Assembly (NCBI RefSeq): GCF_020745735.1
Contig: NW_026867487.1
Span: 2,666,001 to 2,730,000, forward strand
Origin: Hemiscyllium ocellatum
Taxonomy: Eukaryota
Direction of reading: 5' to 3'
DNA length: 64,000 nucleotides
This document shows, piece by piece, positions 48,319 through 61,907 of this stretch. The notes below the pieces were generated by a model. That model ran no database searches, was not told the origin of the DNA, and saw only the letters and a program-made list of their open reading frames with translations. The position numbers were made by a program, and so were the translations under genes. Within the stretch, counting starts at the first letter, position 1. Each line of letters opens with the position of its first letter.

Positions 48319-48364
48319 CTGATAAGAACAGACACTTGATCTTAGCCAAAAGGCTGAGAAGGAT
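48319..48364 (-). ncRNA. U2: U2 snRNA 5' fragment (nt 1-52) lacking 5 nt of the branch-point recognition region, forming the head of the Tx1 element
   Basis: ATC-CTTCTCAGCCTTTTGGCTAAGATCAAGTGT-----CTGTTCTTATCAG versus U2 ATCGCTTCTCGGCCTTTTGGCTAAGATCAAGTGTAGTATCTGTTCTTATCAG. No rest of U2 and no PSE seen, so not a functional gene. Confidence 0.88.
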
Positions 48365-48490
48365 ATACCCATGTGACTTTCCACATTGCCGGGGGATGGC
48401 AGTAGAGTAACTGTGCTAGAAAAGCTTGGTTAGGGGCAGATTAGTACTGGAGCACAGGTCTTAAGGTACAACTGAATGTCTTGCTTGGTC

Positions 48491-49718
48491 AGGAGCGTGA
48501 AGCAATGCGAGCAGCTCCTGAAGGCCTTCAAGGAAAAGGAGGGGGAGCTGCTGTTCTCCATCTTGTCGGCGATCCCGTTGTGTGTGCTTCCTGCACAGAG
48601 AATTCGGGTTGTTACGATCCACATGTACAACCCCTATGTTCCAGCAACTGATGTCCTGACGTTCCTGAGGAGATATGTGCAGGTTGCGGGAGAAAGCACT
48701 GACGTGGTTGACGCTTTCGGGATCTGGACCAGCAAACGGCAGGTCAATGTAACCCTGAGGGTTGATGCTAGTAGGAACATCCTCCACCCACCCTCCAACT
48801 TTGCTATCGGAGGGAGCAGAGGGTACTTGACTTTTGCAGGGCAGCCAAAAGTGTGCCAAACCTGCGGGAGGTCAGGCCACATGGCGGCGTACTGCAAGGT
48901 CACAATCTGTCGGAACTGCAAGAAGGAGGGCCACCTGACCAAAGAATGCAAGGAGGCAAAAAACTGCAATCTGTGTGGGGAGGCGGGCCACGTGTACAAG
49001 GCCTGCCCAAGATGTGGGGGCCGCCACCTATGCACAGATGGCTGGGGGTGGGCCACAAACCAGCAAGGCAACAGTGTCTGGGGGCACGCAAAAAGAAGGA
49101 CAGGCCGGAGCAGAGCAGACGACAGCTACTGAAGAGGGACAGCTGCCGAGCAAAGCTCCGACAGGAAAGGCAGAGGAGGAGGAAAAGGGAAAGGAGGCAG
49201 AGGAATGGATCCTGGTGCAAAACAAGAGGAGGAAAACCCACCCGGCTGCCAAAACCTCCCAGAAAAGGGGGAAAAGGCAGCTGCATGGGGAAGACACGGA
49301 CAGTTCTTCGAAGGGTGAGACGGACGTAAGGAGGGTCGTCACCAAAAGAAGAGGCAGAGCGCTGCGGGGAGAAAGGAGAGCAGCAACTGCCAACCAAGGG
49401 ACGAACCTCCTGAGGCAATGGGAAGCTACCACCTCCCACCAGGTGAAAGCCAAGAGGGCCCCACCGCCACACAGCTTCCAGGTCACTGGGAGCAGCGACC
49501 CTCTGACAGCCCCACTGTCAGATATAGAAGCAGACAGCGTGGACCCTGGTCCCGGTCCGATGACACCGGAGCGGGCAAATGGGCCAAGTGAGGAGCTGGA
49601 CAGCTACCTCAGCCCGGCGAGGGTCCAGCAGTTCGTGTTCGGCATGGGGATGCAAAAAGCTACTCCAGAGAGGCAGGACCAGCGGCAATTGGACATGGGT
49701 AACCTCACAACTTGTTAA
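48491..49718 (+). pseudogene. Tx1 ORF1 remainder (three CCHC knuckles), frameshifted near 49010
   Basis: CQTCGRSGHMAAYC, CRNCKKEGHLTKEC, CNLCGEAGHVYKAC. Confidence 0.88.
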
Positions 49719-49723
49719 AAGAA

Positions 49724-52700
49724 ATGGGGATTAAAATTGCCAGTATTAATGTGCGCAGCATAAAATCTGCTGCGCGATGTGTTTCAACGCTGGCCTTCCT
49801 GGCCAACGTTAAAGCCGATGTCCTGCTTCTGCATGAGTGTGGGATACCGCACCTCAGCAGTTACAGGAGATGGTCGAGCTTGTGGGCCCATGGGCCGTCA
49901 GTGTGGTCGGGAGGCAACGATAACCGCTCCTCAGGCCTGGATATCCTGTTGTGGGGAGGCAACTTCACCATCTCCGAGGTTAAGGAGGTGGTGGGTGGGC
50001 GCCTCCTTGTCGCGGATGTTAAATACAGAAACGCTACCGTGAGACTAATCAACGTGTACGCCCCGGCGGGTAAGAGTGAACGGTTGGCCGTCCTGCAGCA
50101 GCTTCTACTGTTGCTGGCTACACCCAGGCCGGTCATTCTGGCCAGACACTTCAACTGTATCATAGATGCAGATAGACGATCCGGTGGGGGTGACAGTAAA
50201 CTGGACGCCACGTCCAGAGCCCTGATTGAAACGGTCAAAGATGCCAAGCTGCACGACGTCTTCAGCACCCCTGCAAACGGAGCGCAGCCTAAATGCACCT
50301 GGTCACGGGCAGATGGGTCTATCCACTCAAGGATAGATTACCTGTTTGTGTCCCGAACGCTCTCAGTCAGAACCACCGATGTCAAGCCGGTGTTCTTCTC
50401 TGACCACTGCCTCCTGCTGGCCGATTGTCACCTACAGGACGAGCAGCGGGCGGGTAAGGGAACGTGGAAACTGAAGACTAAGCTGTTGACCCTGGGAAAC
50501 ATCGAGGAGCTCAAAAGGGATTACGCAGGTTGGAGAACCGCGAAGCCCCTCTTTGAGTCCCCAGCGGACTGGTGGAAAACAGTAAAAGGGAACATCAAGA
50601 GGGTCTTCATTCTCAAAGGTGTTCAGGAGGCGAGGGAGAGGCGGGGAAAACTGTCCCAACTCCAGGAAAGTATGCTGAACCTGCTCCTGCTGCAGACATT
50701 GGGGGTCGATGTCACGGAGGACCTCCAAGAGGTGAAGAGCCAGCAAGCCTCGCTCTTTGCCTCGGAAGCCTCCAAGATAATCTTCCGGTCCAGAGTCCGC
50801 TCCATGGAGCAGGACGAGACGTGCTCTCGTTTCTTCTTCCAGAAGGTGCACAAAGAGAGCTCCGTGCTCAGCAGCCTAAAAGAAGAAGATGGCTCGGTAA
50901 CGTCATCTCAGGCTGACATCATGAGGATCAGCAAATCTTTCTATGCCAGTCTGTATGGCTCGAAGCCAACCGACAGCGTGGCCTCCCAGTCGTTCCTGTC
51001 CTCTATCACGAAGGTCCTAGATGACGGAACACGAGAGAGGCTGGACCAGCCGTTATCTCTGGATGAGCTGACCAAGGCCCTCGAGTCCTTCACAAAGAAT
51101 AAAACTCCTGGAAGCGACGGCTTACCGGTCGAGATCTATTCTGCTCTTTGAGACTTGATTGGCCGGGACCTGCTAGAGGTGTATGTCAGTATGCTTCAGG
51201 CAGGTACCATGAGTGAATCCATGAGGAAAGGCATCATCACCCTCATCTACAAGCAGAAGGCGGAGAGGGAGGAAATTAGAAATTGGAGACCAATCTCACT
51301 GTTAAACACAGACTACAAAATCTTGTCAAAGGTCATCGCCAACCGGGTCAGGTCTGCTCTGGGATCGGTGATCCACCCTGACCAAACCTGTGCTGTACCG
51401 AGCAGGAAGATCTCTGAGAGTCTTGCACTCCTCAGGGATACAATTGCCTATGTGCAGGACAGGGGGGTGGACACCTGCCTTATCAGCCTGGACCAGGAGA
51501 AAGCCTTTGACAGGATATAGCATACATATATGAGGGATGTCCTCTCCAAAATGGGCTTTGGGGAGGTATCGGTAATTGGATCAGACTGCTCTACACCAAC
51601 ATTGTCAGTGCAGTCTCAATCAATGGGTGGGAATCAGACAGCTTCCCTGTAAGATCTGGAGTCAGGCAGGGCTGACCCCTCTCACCCGTCTTGTTTGTGT
51701 GTTGCATAGAGCCATTTGCCAAATCCATCAGGAAGGATGCGAGCCTGAGAGGGGTGACTATTCCTGACAGCAGGGGCCTGCAGGTTAAGGCCTCCTTGTA
51801 TATGGATGATGTTGCCGTTTTCTGCTCGGATCCGCTGTTCGTGCACACTATCATGTGCATCTGTGACCAGTTCGAACGGGCCTCGGGGGCCAAGGTAAAC
51901 CGAGGCAAGAGTGAGACCATTATCTTCGGGAACTTGGCCGACCAATTCTCTATCCCCTTCACCGTCAGGACTGACCACCTGAAGGTACTGGGCATTTGGT
52001 TCGCGGGGGGCTGGGGCGTGCGCCAATACCTGGGAGGAGCGGATCAGGAAGATGAGACAGAAACTAGGCAGGTGGGAGCAACGGTCGCTCTCCATCGCAG
52101 GAAAAAACCTGGTCATCAGGTGTGAGGTATTCTCAGTATTGTTAGATGTGGCACAGGTCTGGCCTATCCCCAGGACCTGTGCCGCCGCAGTCACCCGAGC
52201 CATCTTCCACTTCATGTGGAGATCAAAGATGGACCCGGTCTGAAGAGACACAATGTACAAAGATCGGTGCAATGGGGGAAAAAACACTCCCAATGCCACC
52301 CTCACCCTGATGGCCACCTTTGTGTGTGGCTGCATCAAGCTATGCGTGGATCCCTGGTATGCAAACACCAAGTGTCACTACGTACTGAGGTTCTTCCTGT
52401 CCCCGGTGTTGCGAAGGATGGGCCTGGCCTCGCTGCCGCGGAACGCTCTGAGTCGTTGGACCGTTCCGTACCACCTGTCCTTCATGGAGAAGTTTATGAA
52501 GAAAAACACCTTTGACTACAAGTCCATCAGGAAGAGGTCAGCACGTAGTGCCCGTGAGACCCTTCGGGAAAAGGAGAGGGCGGATCCTGTCGAGTGGTTC
52601 CCTGAGCAGACTGTCAAAGCTATTTGGCAGAATGTCTCATCACCAGAACTTTCCAACAAGCACCAAGACATGGCTTGGCTGGTAGTGAGAAGGGCTCTGC

Positions 52701-53132
52701 CTGTGAGATCCTTTATGCACGCCCGGACTCTCAGTCGCACCGCACGCTGCCCTCAAAGCGACTGCTGGGGAGGACGAGACTGTCACACACCTCCTTGTGG
52801 AATGTGCCTATGCAGAGGAAGTCTGGAGAGGAATGCAGTGGTGTTTGTTGAGTTTCGTCCTGAGCAGTGCCGTGACGCGGGACTCCGTACTCTATGGCCT
52901 GTTCCTCGGGACGCACACCGAGACGAACATCAACTGCGCCTGGAGGAACATCGACTCGGTGAAGGACGCTCTCTGGGTGGTCCGAAACCTGTTGATCTTC
53001 CAGCTGAAGGAGTTGACCCCGACTGAGTGTTGCTGACTGGCACATTCCAAGGTCCAGGACTACGTGTTGAGGGACGTGCTGAAGCTTGGGATAGCTGCCG
53101 CCAAGGCGCGGTGGGGAAAGACCACCGTGTAA
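49724..53132 (+). pseudogene. Tx1 ORF2 (APE endonuclease and RT) with premature stops and frameshifts
   Basis: IASINVR, SRIDY, FFSDH, KTPGSDG, NWRPISLLNTDYKIL, SLDQEKAFDR, LYMDD; stops at 51149 and 52241; polyA tail ends near 53340. Confidence 0.93.
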
Positions 53133-53340
53133 TATCTGCCTGCCTAAGAAGAACAGGGGGCCCACGTAGTCATTTGGGCTCTGCTGGCACCTCAGTTCAA
53201 AAAATATAATCATACCGACCTGTAAATAGGAATGATTACTTGATTTCGGTATGAAAAGAAATGGAATGTTTACCTATGTACAGCATGTCCAGTTGTATAG
53301 ATCAAAATTTTATGAATAAAGTATATTTTTAAAATAAAAA

Positions 53341-53560
53341 AAGTCACATGGGTATATCCTGATCACACAAAGCACAACAAATCCAACTCACACAAATAAA
53401 GCCCTATCAATATACTCTCAATCATCAGCAAGATGACGGAAAGTGTGGTCAACAGTTCTACCAAGTCACACTGACTCAACACTAACAGCCTCACCCCTGC
53501 TCAATTTGTCTTCCATTTGGACCTACTCAGCACCGATCTCATTGCAGCCTTGCAAAACAG
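53341..53560 (+). mobile_element. Older L2-like LINE that hosted the Tx1 insertion; its left part is now inverted at 48381-48490
   Basis: The 21-nt TSD at 53340-53360 matches 48360-48380 in reverse, and the two flanks join into one continuous RT-like sequence. Confidence 0.65.
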
Positions 53561-54289
53561 TTGAAGAGAAGAGGGGAAACTGATGGGGTCTGCCCTTGAC
53601 ATCAATCCTGCATTTTAATGAATGTGATATCAAGCATTGATGTCAAACCTACAGGAAAAGGGATTCAAAGTAAGCAATCTCTTCCACGAGTTGGAGTCAA
53701 AATTAGCACAAAGGAAGATGGATAAATGGTTGTTGGAAGCCAGTCACCACATTCCAAGGACTTAATTATTGAAGTTTCTCAGAGTAGATAATGTGTAATA
53801 AACCTATTGGGAGATGTTATTCCACACCTCTGAGTAGGTGACACTTGAACTCAGGTGTCTTGCCTCCGAGGAATGGACACTAATCCCCTTGGCCTGCAAT
53901 CTTCAACTGCTTCATTGAAGAACTGTCCTCCACCATAAGGCCAGCGGTACGAATGTTCTCTAGTGACTGCATGATGTTCAGCAGCATTCACAGCATCTCA
54001 GATACAGCCTGTGTTCACTTGCAGCAAGACCTGAACAAAAATCCAGTTTTGGGTACACAGTATATAGAACAGTACACCACAGTATAGGCTGTTTGGACCT
54101 CGATGTTGTGCCGACCTTTTAGCCTACTCTGGGATCAAACACACCTGCACACCCTTCATTTTATGATCATCCATATGCCTATCCAAGCGTCGCTTAAGTC
54201 TCCATAATATATCTGACTCTATGACCACTGCTAGCAGTGCATTCCACGCACCCACCACTTTCTGTACAAAGAACTAACCTCTGACATTG

Positions 54290-55670
54290 GGCTTTCATTT
54301 TGGCAGTGGAGCAGAGTGGGAGTGATCAAACTGCACTCTGGGAAGGTGAGTGAACTGATATATTTGGGCAGTGGTGAAACCCTGAGACACGACACATGCA
54401 GTGTCTCTCACCCACCCTCCTCCTCTAACAGAAAAAAAAAGACTCTGGTGTATGGTTAAGGGAAGGGTTTTTTTTTCTTTTATCATGTGCTGGCGAGTAC
54501 TGTGATTTATTTATTTTATTTAATTTATCTATTATTTGCTATTATAGTTGGGCTAAGTTAAGCTCAATAATAAAAATGGCAGGAGATCCCAGACCTGTGT
54601 TGTGCTCCTCTTGCTCTGGGACACGGCTGATATCCCTGACTCCTTCACATACAGCAAGTGTGTCCAGCTACAGCTCTTGTGAGACCACATGACGACTCTG
54701 GAGGTACTAAGGAGATCATGGATAGCACATTTACTGAATTGGTCACACCGCAGATTAGGATTACTGAGGGTGAAAGACAAAAGGCAGAGGAAGAGCAGGA
54801 AGGCAGTGCAGATGTACCCCGCAGTCATCACCCTCCAAAACAGGTATACCGTTTTGGATACTGCTGGGGGAGATGGCTCACCAGGGAAAGGCAGCAATAG
54901 CCAGGTTCACGGCACCGTGGCTGACTCTGTTGTACAGAAGGGCAGGATAATGAGTGGATGAGCTGTAGTCAGAGGGGCTTCAATTCTAAAGGGAGCAAGT
55001 AGGTGGTTCTGTGGTTGAAAACAACACTCCTGAATGGTATGTTGCTGACCAAGTCACATGTCAGGGATGTCTCAGATCGGCTGGACATTTTGAAGGAGGA
55101 GGGTGAACAGCCAGCTGTCATGTTGCATGTAGGCACTAATGATATTGGTAATAAATGGGATGAGGTCCTCCAAGCAGAATTTAGGGAATTAGGAGCCAAG
55201 TTAAAAAATAGGAGCTCAGAGGTAGTAATCTTAGGATTGCTACCAGTATCACATGCTAATCAGAGTCGAAATGGAAGAATGAATGAGTGGCTCGAGAGAT
55301 GGTGCAGGAGAGAGGGATTCAAATCTTTGGGACGCATGGACCAGTTCTACTGGAGGTGGGACTATTACAAATCACAGTCTACACTTGGGCAATGTCCTCG
55401 GGAGTACTTTTGCTAACGCTGCCGGGAAGGGCTTAAACTAATCCGACAGAGAGACGGGAACCAAATGAGGAGGTTAGTGGACAGTAAGGAGGTAGTAACT
55501 AAAGCCTGGAAGGAACTAGCTAATGAAGTCAGCGAGACTAAGAGGACGAATAAGCAGGGAGCAGATGATGAACACAAAGTGGCAGGTGGTCTGAGGTGCA
55601 TTTATTTTAATGCGAGCAGTACAGTAGATAAGGCAGATGTACTTCGGGCTTGGATTAGTACCTAGGTGTT
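54290..55670 (+). mobile_element. CR1 5' region: ORF1 with SGNH esterase-like domain and start of ORF2
   Basis: VITLQNRYTVLDT, VMLHVGTNDIG, GLRCIYFNA. Confidence 0.85.
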
Positions 55671-55999
55671 GGCGCAGCTATTCCAGACTTTTTTGTAACA
55701 AAACTGGTGAGAGATCAATAGTCTATAATCCAGAATATCAATCCCTGAATGTATTAATGATAGATCTCTGATGTTTAATAAAAAGGCAGCATATTTTATA
55801 GCCCTTATGTGCATAACAATTTTTTTTCCCAGTTCCACAATATAATGCTTCTGACTTTAATTAAGTTCCCATCATTTGAATTCGGTGATTAATACATTTG
55901 GTGTTCTTCACATAGATTAAAACAAAGTGAAGAATGTTTCCTACACGTGGTCCTACTTGCAGCAATGCAGATAATACCTGAACTACTATCAGCATTCTG

Positions 56000-56540
56000 G
56001 AAACTGTCTGGGAAAGGACTGTCTGGTCGCCACATTACCAAAAAGACGTAGATGCTTTGGAGAAGGTGCAGAGGAGGTTCACTGGGATGTTGGCTGGTAT
56101 GGAGAGCACTAGCTATGAAGACAGGTTGAGTAAATTAGGATTATTTCCATTAGAAAGATGGAGGTTGAGGGGGGAAGCTGTTTGAGGTCTACAAGATCAT
56201 GAGAGGTATAGACAGGGTAGACAGCAAGAAGCATTTTCCCAGGGTGGAGGACTCAATTACTAGGGGTCACAAGTTCAAGGTGAGAGGGGAAAAGTTTAGG
56301 GGAGATATGTATAGAAAGTTCTTCACGCAGAGGGTGGTGGGTGCCTGGTGGGTGCCATTGAAGGTGGGAGAGCCAGACATGATAGCGTCATTTAAGATGT
56401 ATCTAGACAATACGTGAATCGGAAGGGAGCAGAGGGATACAAATCCTTGGAAAATAGGTGACAGATTATGATAGAGGATCTGGATTGGCGCAGGCTTGGA
56501 ATGCCGAAGGGCCTGTTCCTGTGCTTCAATCTTCTTTGTT
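56000..56540 (+). mobile_element. CR1 3' end
   Basis: LEKVQRRFT, MRGIDRVDSKKHFP. Confidence 0.85.
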
Positions 56541-56544
56541 CTGA

Positions 56545-59500
56545 CATCTCCCCTAAACCTTCCTCTAATCACCTTAAAATTATGTTCCCTCGAGATAGTC
56601 ATTCCTGCCCTGGGAAAAAGTCCCTATCTATTCACTCGACCTCTGCCTCTCATTGTCTTACATATCTCTATCACGTCACCTCTTGTCCTTCTTTGCTCTA
56701 ATGAGAAAGGCCCCAGATTCCTCAACCTTTTGTCATTAGACATGCCCTCCAGTCCAGGCTGCATCCTGGTACATCTCCTCCACACCATCTCAAAAGCTTG
56801 CACATCCTTCCTAAAACAAGGCAACCAGACTGAACACAATATTCCAAGTGTGGTCTAACCTGAGCTCAATAGAGCTGCAGCATAATCACATGGTTTTTAA
56901 ACTCAATCCTCCTGCTAATGAAAGACAACACACCATATGTCTTCTGCACAACTCTATCAACTTGGTTCGTGGCTTTGCGGGTTCTATGGACATGGACCCC
57001 AAGATCCCTCTGTACCTCCACACTGACAAGAATCCTGTCTTTAAATCTGTATTCTGCATTCAAATTCGACCTTTCAAAATGAATTACTTCACACTTTTCC
57101 AGGTTGAACTCCTTCTACTTCTCAGACCAGTTCTGCATCCTTTCAATGTCTCCTTGCAACCTACAACAGCCCTCCACACTATCTACAACTCCATCAACCT
57201 TAGTGTCATCTGCAAACTGACTAACCCACCCTTCCATTTCCTTATCCTAGTCATTTATAAAAATCATAAAGAGAAAAGTCCCAGAACAGATCCATACAGA
57301 ACACCGCAGGTTACATAGCTCCAGGCTGAAAACTTTCCATCTGCTACCACCCGCTGTCTTCTGTGGGCCAGACAATTCTGTATCTAGACAAATTTCCCTG
57401 TGTCCCATGCCTCCTTACTTTCTGAATGAGCCTATCATGTGGAACCTTGTCCAATGCCTTGCAAAAATCTATGTACACTCTTCTACCTCCATGTACACCT
57501 CATTCACTGCTCTACCTTCATCTATGCGTTTTGTCACATCCGCAAATAATTCAATAAGACCTGCTCCTCGCAAAGCCATGGTGACTATCTCTAATCAAAC
57601 TATGGCTTTCCAAGTAATCATAAATCTTGTCTCTCAGAATCTACACCAATAGTTTGCCCACCACAACGTAAGACTGGCTGGTCTGTAATTCCCTGGAGCA
57701 TCCCTATTATTCCTTTCTTAACCAAAGGAAAAATGTTTGCCACACTCCAATCATTTGACACGACTCCAATGAACGGTGGAGATCATCACCAAAAGCACAG
57801 CAATCTCTTCCCTTGCTTCCTGTAGTAACCTTGAGAAGATTGGATCTGGCACAGGGGACTTATCTATCGATCCTCTTGTTTTTCAAAATGTTCAGCATCC
57901 TCCTTCTTAACATCAACCTGTTCAAGCATATTAGTCGGTTTCATCCTGTCCTCACAAATGTCAGGTCCCACTCAATAGTGAATACTGAAGCAAAATCTTA
58001 ATTAAGTACCTCCCCTAACTCCTCAAACTCCAGGCACATGTCCATTCCAATATCCCTGATTGGCCCTACCCTTACTCTGACCATCCCCTTGACCCTTACA
58101 GAAGTATGTAACGCCTTGGAATTTTCCTTGATCATACTCACTAAAGCTTTTTCATCACTCCTTCTAGGGCTCCTAATTCCATTACTCAGATCCTTCTGGG
58201 CTACCTTGTAACTCTGTCAAACCCTGTCTGATCCTTGCCTCCTCAACCTTAATTAAGCATCCTTCTTCCTCTGACGAGATGATCCACATCCCTTGTCACC
58301 CGAGGTTCCTTCACCCTACCATCCCATCCCTGCCTCAGAGGGACAAACCTATCCAGCACTATCAGCAAGTGCTCCATAAACAAGCTCCACATTTCTGTCA
58401 TGCATTTTCCTGAGTAAATCTGTTCCCAACTGAGGTGCCCCAATTCCTGCCTAATAGCATTGTAATTCCCCCTCCACCAATTAAATACTTTCCCATAGCG
58501 TCTGCTCCCATTTCTCTCCGTGGCTATAGTAAAAATCAGGGAGTTGTGATCCCGATCACCGAAATGCTCTCCCACCGAGAGATCTGACACCGAGTGTGAT
58601 TTATTGCCAAGCACCAAATCCCTCCCCTCTAGTCCGCCTATCTAAATTTTGAGTTAGGAATCCTTTCTGGACAAACCTGACAAAACCTGCTCCATCCAGA
58701 CTATTTGAATTAAGGAGGTTCCAATCAGTGTTTGGGAAGTTAAATGGCTATAACCCTGTTACTTCTGCACCATTCCCATCTGCTCCTCTGTCTCTGTTGC
58801 TATTGGGGGTCTATAGAAAACTCCCAATAAAGTGACTGCTCTTTTCCTGTTTCTGACTACCACCCATACTGACTCTGTAGACAAACCCTCCACAATGACC
58901 TCCCTTTCTGCATCTGTAATAATATCCCTGATGAGCAATACCACTCCTCCTTCTCTTTTACCTCCCCACTATTCCTCTTGAAACATCTGAATCCTGGAAC
59001 ATCCAACAACCATTGCTGTCCCTGTAATATCCATGTCTCTGTAATGGCCACAACATCATAGTTCCAAGTTCTGCTCCATGCTCTAAATTCATCATCATTA
59101 TTCCTGATACTTCTAACCATCACACTGACTGCAATTTTGTCCTGACAACTGTCCATCCCGCCTCACAGACTCGCTGCACACTGTATCTGGCTGTTCACTA
59201 ACTACCCCATCCTCAGATACATAACTCCAGTTGCCACCCCATTGCCAAGCCAGATTAAACTCTCCCAAAGAGCTCCAGCAAACCTCCAGCCCTGGATATT
59301 GATGCCCCTCCAGTTCAGGTGTAACCCATCCTTGTTGTACAGGTCCCACCTTCCCCAGAAAGTATCCCAATGATCCACATATCTGAAGCCATCCCTCCTA
59401 CAGCAGCCCTGCAGCCTCATGTTCATCTGCACTCATTCTCTGTTCATAGCCTCATGAGCCCGTGACACCGGTAGCAATCCTGAGATTACTATTCTGCTCA

Positions 59501-59830
59501 TCATGCCTTTTAGCTTCCAACCTAACTCACGATATTCTTTTTTCAGGTCCCCATCCCCTTTCCTACCTACATCATTGACACCGATTTGTGCCATGACTTC
59601 TGGCTATTCACCATTGCCCTTACAAATCCTGTAGATTCGATCTGCACCATCCCTGACCCTGGAATCTGGGAGGCAACATACCGTCTGAGAGTCTCGTTCA
59701 CAACCACAGAAACTCCTGTCTGTTCCTCTCACCATTGAATCTCCTATCACTATCGCTTTCCTCTTCTCTCCCTTCCCTTCTGAGCCACACAGCCAGGCTC
59801 AGTGCCAGAGACCTGGCCGCTGAGGTAGTT
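56545..59830 (-). mobile_element. Long degenerate CR1 (ORF1 remnant, endonuclease, RT)
   Basis: YDVVAITETW, VGEHFGDRDHNS, GFRYVDHWDTFWGRWDLY, CSVWLPCFRKDV. Confidence 0.85.
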
Positions 59831-60029
59831 GCCTGGTAGGTCTCCCCCACCTTAAAAAAAACAGTACGCAAAACAGTCGATAAGTTATAGGTATTGTTCA
59901 CTCACGTGCCAAGCAACAGCGATCTTGAACAAAAGAGAACCTAAGCTTAGCTCCTTGATGTTTAATGACATTACTATCATGGAATTCTCCACTATGAATA
60001 TCCTGGGATTAACCCTGGTAAGAACGTAT

Positions 60030-60480
60030 AACATAGAACAGTACAGCACAGAACAGGCACTTCAGCTCTCCATCTTGTGCTGACTTTTTATCGTACTTGA
60101 AGATCAAACTAAAATACAAACCCTTCATTGTACTATCTTCCCTGTGCCTATCCAAGAGTCGCTTATATGGCCCAAATGTGTCTGACTCTCATTCCACGCA
60201 CCCATCGCTCTCTGTGTAAAGAACCTACCGCTGACATCTCTCTTTAATCTTCCTCCAATCACCTTAAAATTTTGCCCCCTTGTGATAGTCATTTTCATCC
60301 TGGGAAAAAGTCTCTGGCTATCCACTCTATCTATTCCTCTCATCATCTTGAACACATCTAAAAAGTCATCTCTCAACCTTCTTCACTCCATTGAGAAAAA
60401 CCCGAGCTTTCTCAACCTTACTTGACAAAACAGGTCCTCCAGTCCTGGCATCATCCTGGTAAGTCTCCTCTGCACCTTCA
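60030..60480 (-). mobile_element. CR1 3' end
   Basis: DVFKMMRGIDRVDSQRLFP. Confidence 0.8.
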
Positions 60481-61907
60481 GGATTGGAAAATTGCTAATG
60501 TGACACTCATTTTTAAGAGGTGGGGGGAGGCAGAAGACAAAAACAGTTCAAGTCGGTTAGCCTGACCTCAGTCATTGGGAAGATTTTAGAATCCATTACT
60601 AATAATGAGATTGGGGAGGACAAGGTAAAATAGAGCTGAGTCTGCACAGCTTGGTCAAAGGGAGGTTATGTCTGACAAGTATGTTACAATTCTTGGAAGA
60701 GGCAACAAGCAAGTTCAACAAAGGAGTACAAAAGCAGAATTTGCAGGGAAAACTCAGCAGACCTAGTAGCATGAAAGGAGAGAGAAACAGAGTGAACGCC
60801 TCAAGTCCAGTGAAGAAAGGTCACTACCAGGTCTTCTGTATTTGTCCAGCAAACTCCCTTTTTTGAGGTGGAGATGTCAGTATTGGGCTGGAGTAGACAA
60901 AATTAGAAGTCACATGACATCAGGCTATAGCCCAATACATTTATTTAAAATCACAAACTTTCATAGTGATGCTCCTTTGTCAGGTGAAGTGACTTCTGAC
61001 TTGGTCTTTTTTTTTCCTGCAAGCAACTTAGCTCATACATCTCCCCACAGTGCTGCAAGTCTCTTTAAATAATTATCCAATCCCCCACTGAAAGCCACAA
61101 CTGAATCAATCACCAACACACTCTCAGGCAGTGTAGTCAAGATTGTAACAACACAATTCTTAAAAACGTATCCCCCAAATTCACCTCTTATCTTCCATCA
61201 ACCACTGAAAACAGTTGTGTTCTGGCCACTGATCTAAGTTGTGAAGCACTCTGCTCAAACCTGCACTTAACCACTTCTGGTCATTCACTCTCCTTTTCTT
61301 GGAGTCAGCATGAATCACCAAACTCAAACATTCATCTATTTCCCTCTGTTGGACAATCACTGTATCACTCACACTTGTCTGCCATGCCTTTATTTATTTC
61401 CTTTTATTCGGGTCCAATGAATCACTGAACTCAAACATTCATCTGTCATTCATCTATCTTCCTGTATGAGACATTTTTAGTATCACTTGGACTCGGCAAC
61501 AAGGCAGGTTAAATAAGACCCGAAGATGTTGGAGTAGGGAGGCTATTCGGCCCCTTGAGTCCAGTTCACCATTCATTGAGATCATGGTTGATCCTATAAT
61601 CCTCAACTCTACTTTCCTGCGTTTTCCTTAAACCCCTTCATTTCTTTATTGATTAAAAATCTGGCCATCTCAGCCTTGGATACACATAGTGACTCAGCCA
61701 TCTGTGGGCAAGAATTTCACAGATTCACCATCCTCCAAGTACATACTAAACTGCAGAAGAAGTAATCAATGGACATACTGAGCAGTTCCATAACAAGTAG
61801 ATCAGATCAAGTCTGTAATCCTGCCACATCCAGTTCTGAATGATGGTGAACAATTCAGCAATTAAACTGCTCGATATGTTAAGAGGTGAAAGTTCAATTA
61901 ATCTTTT

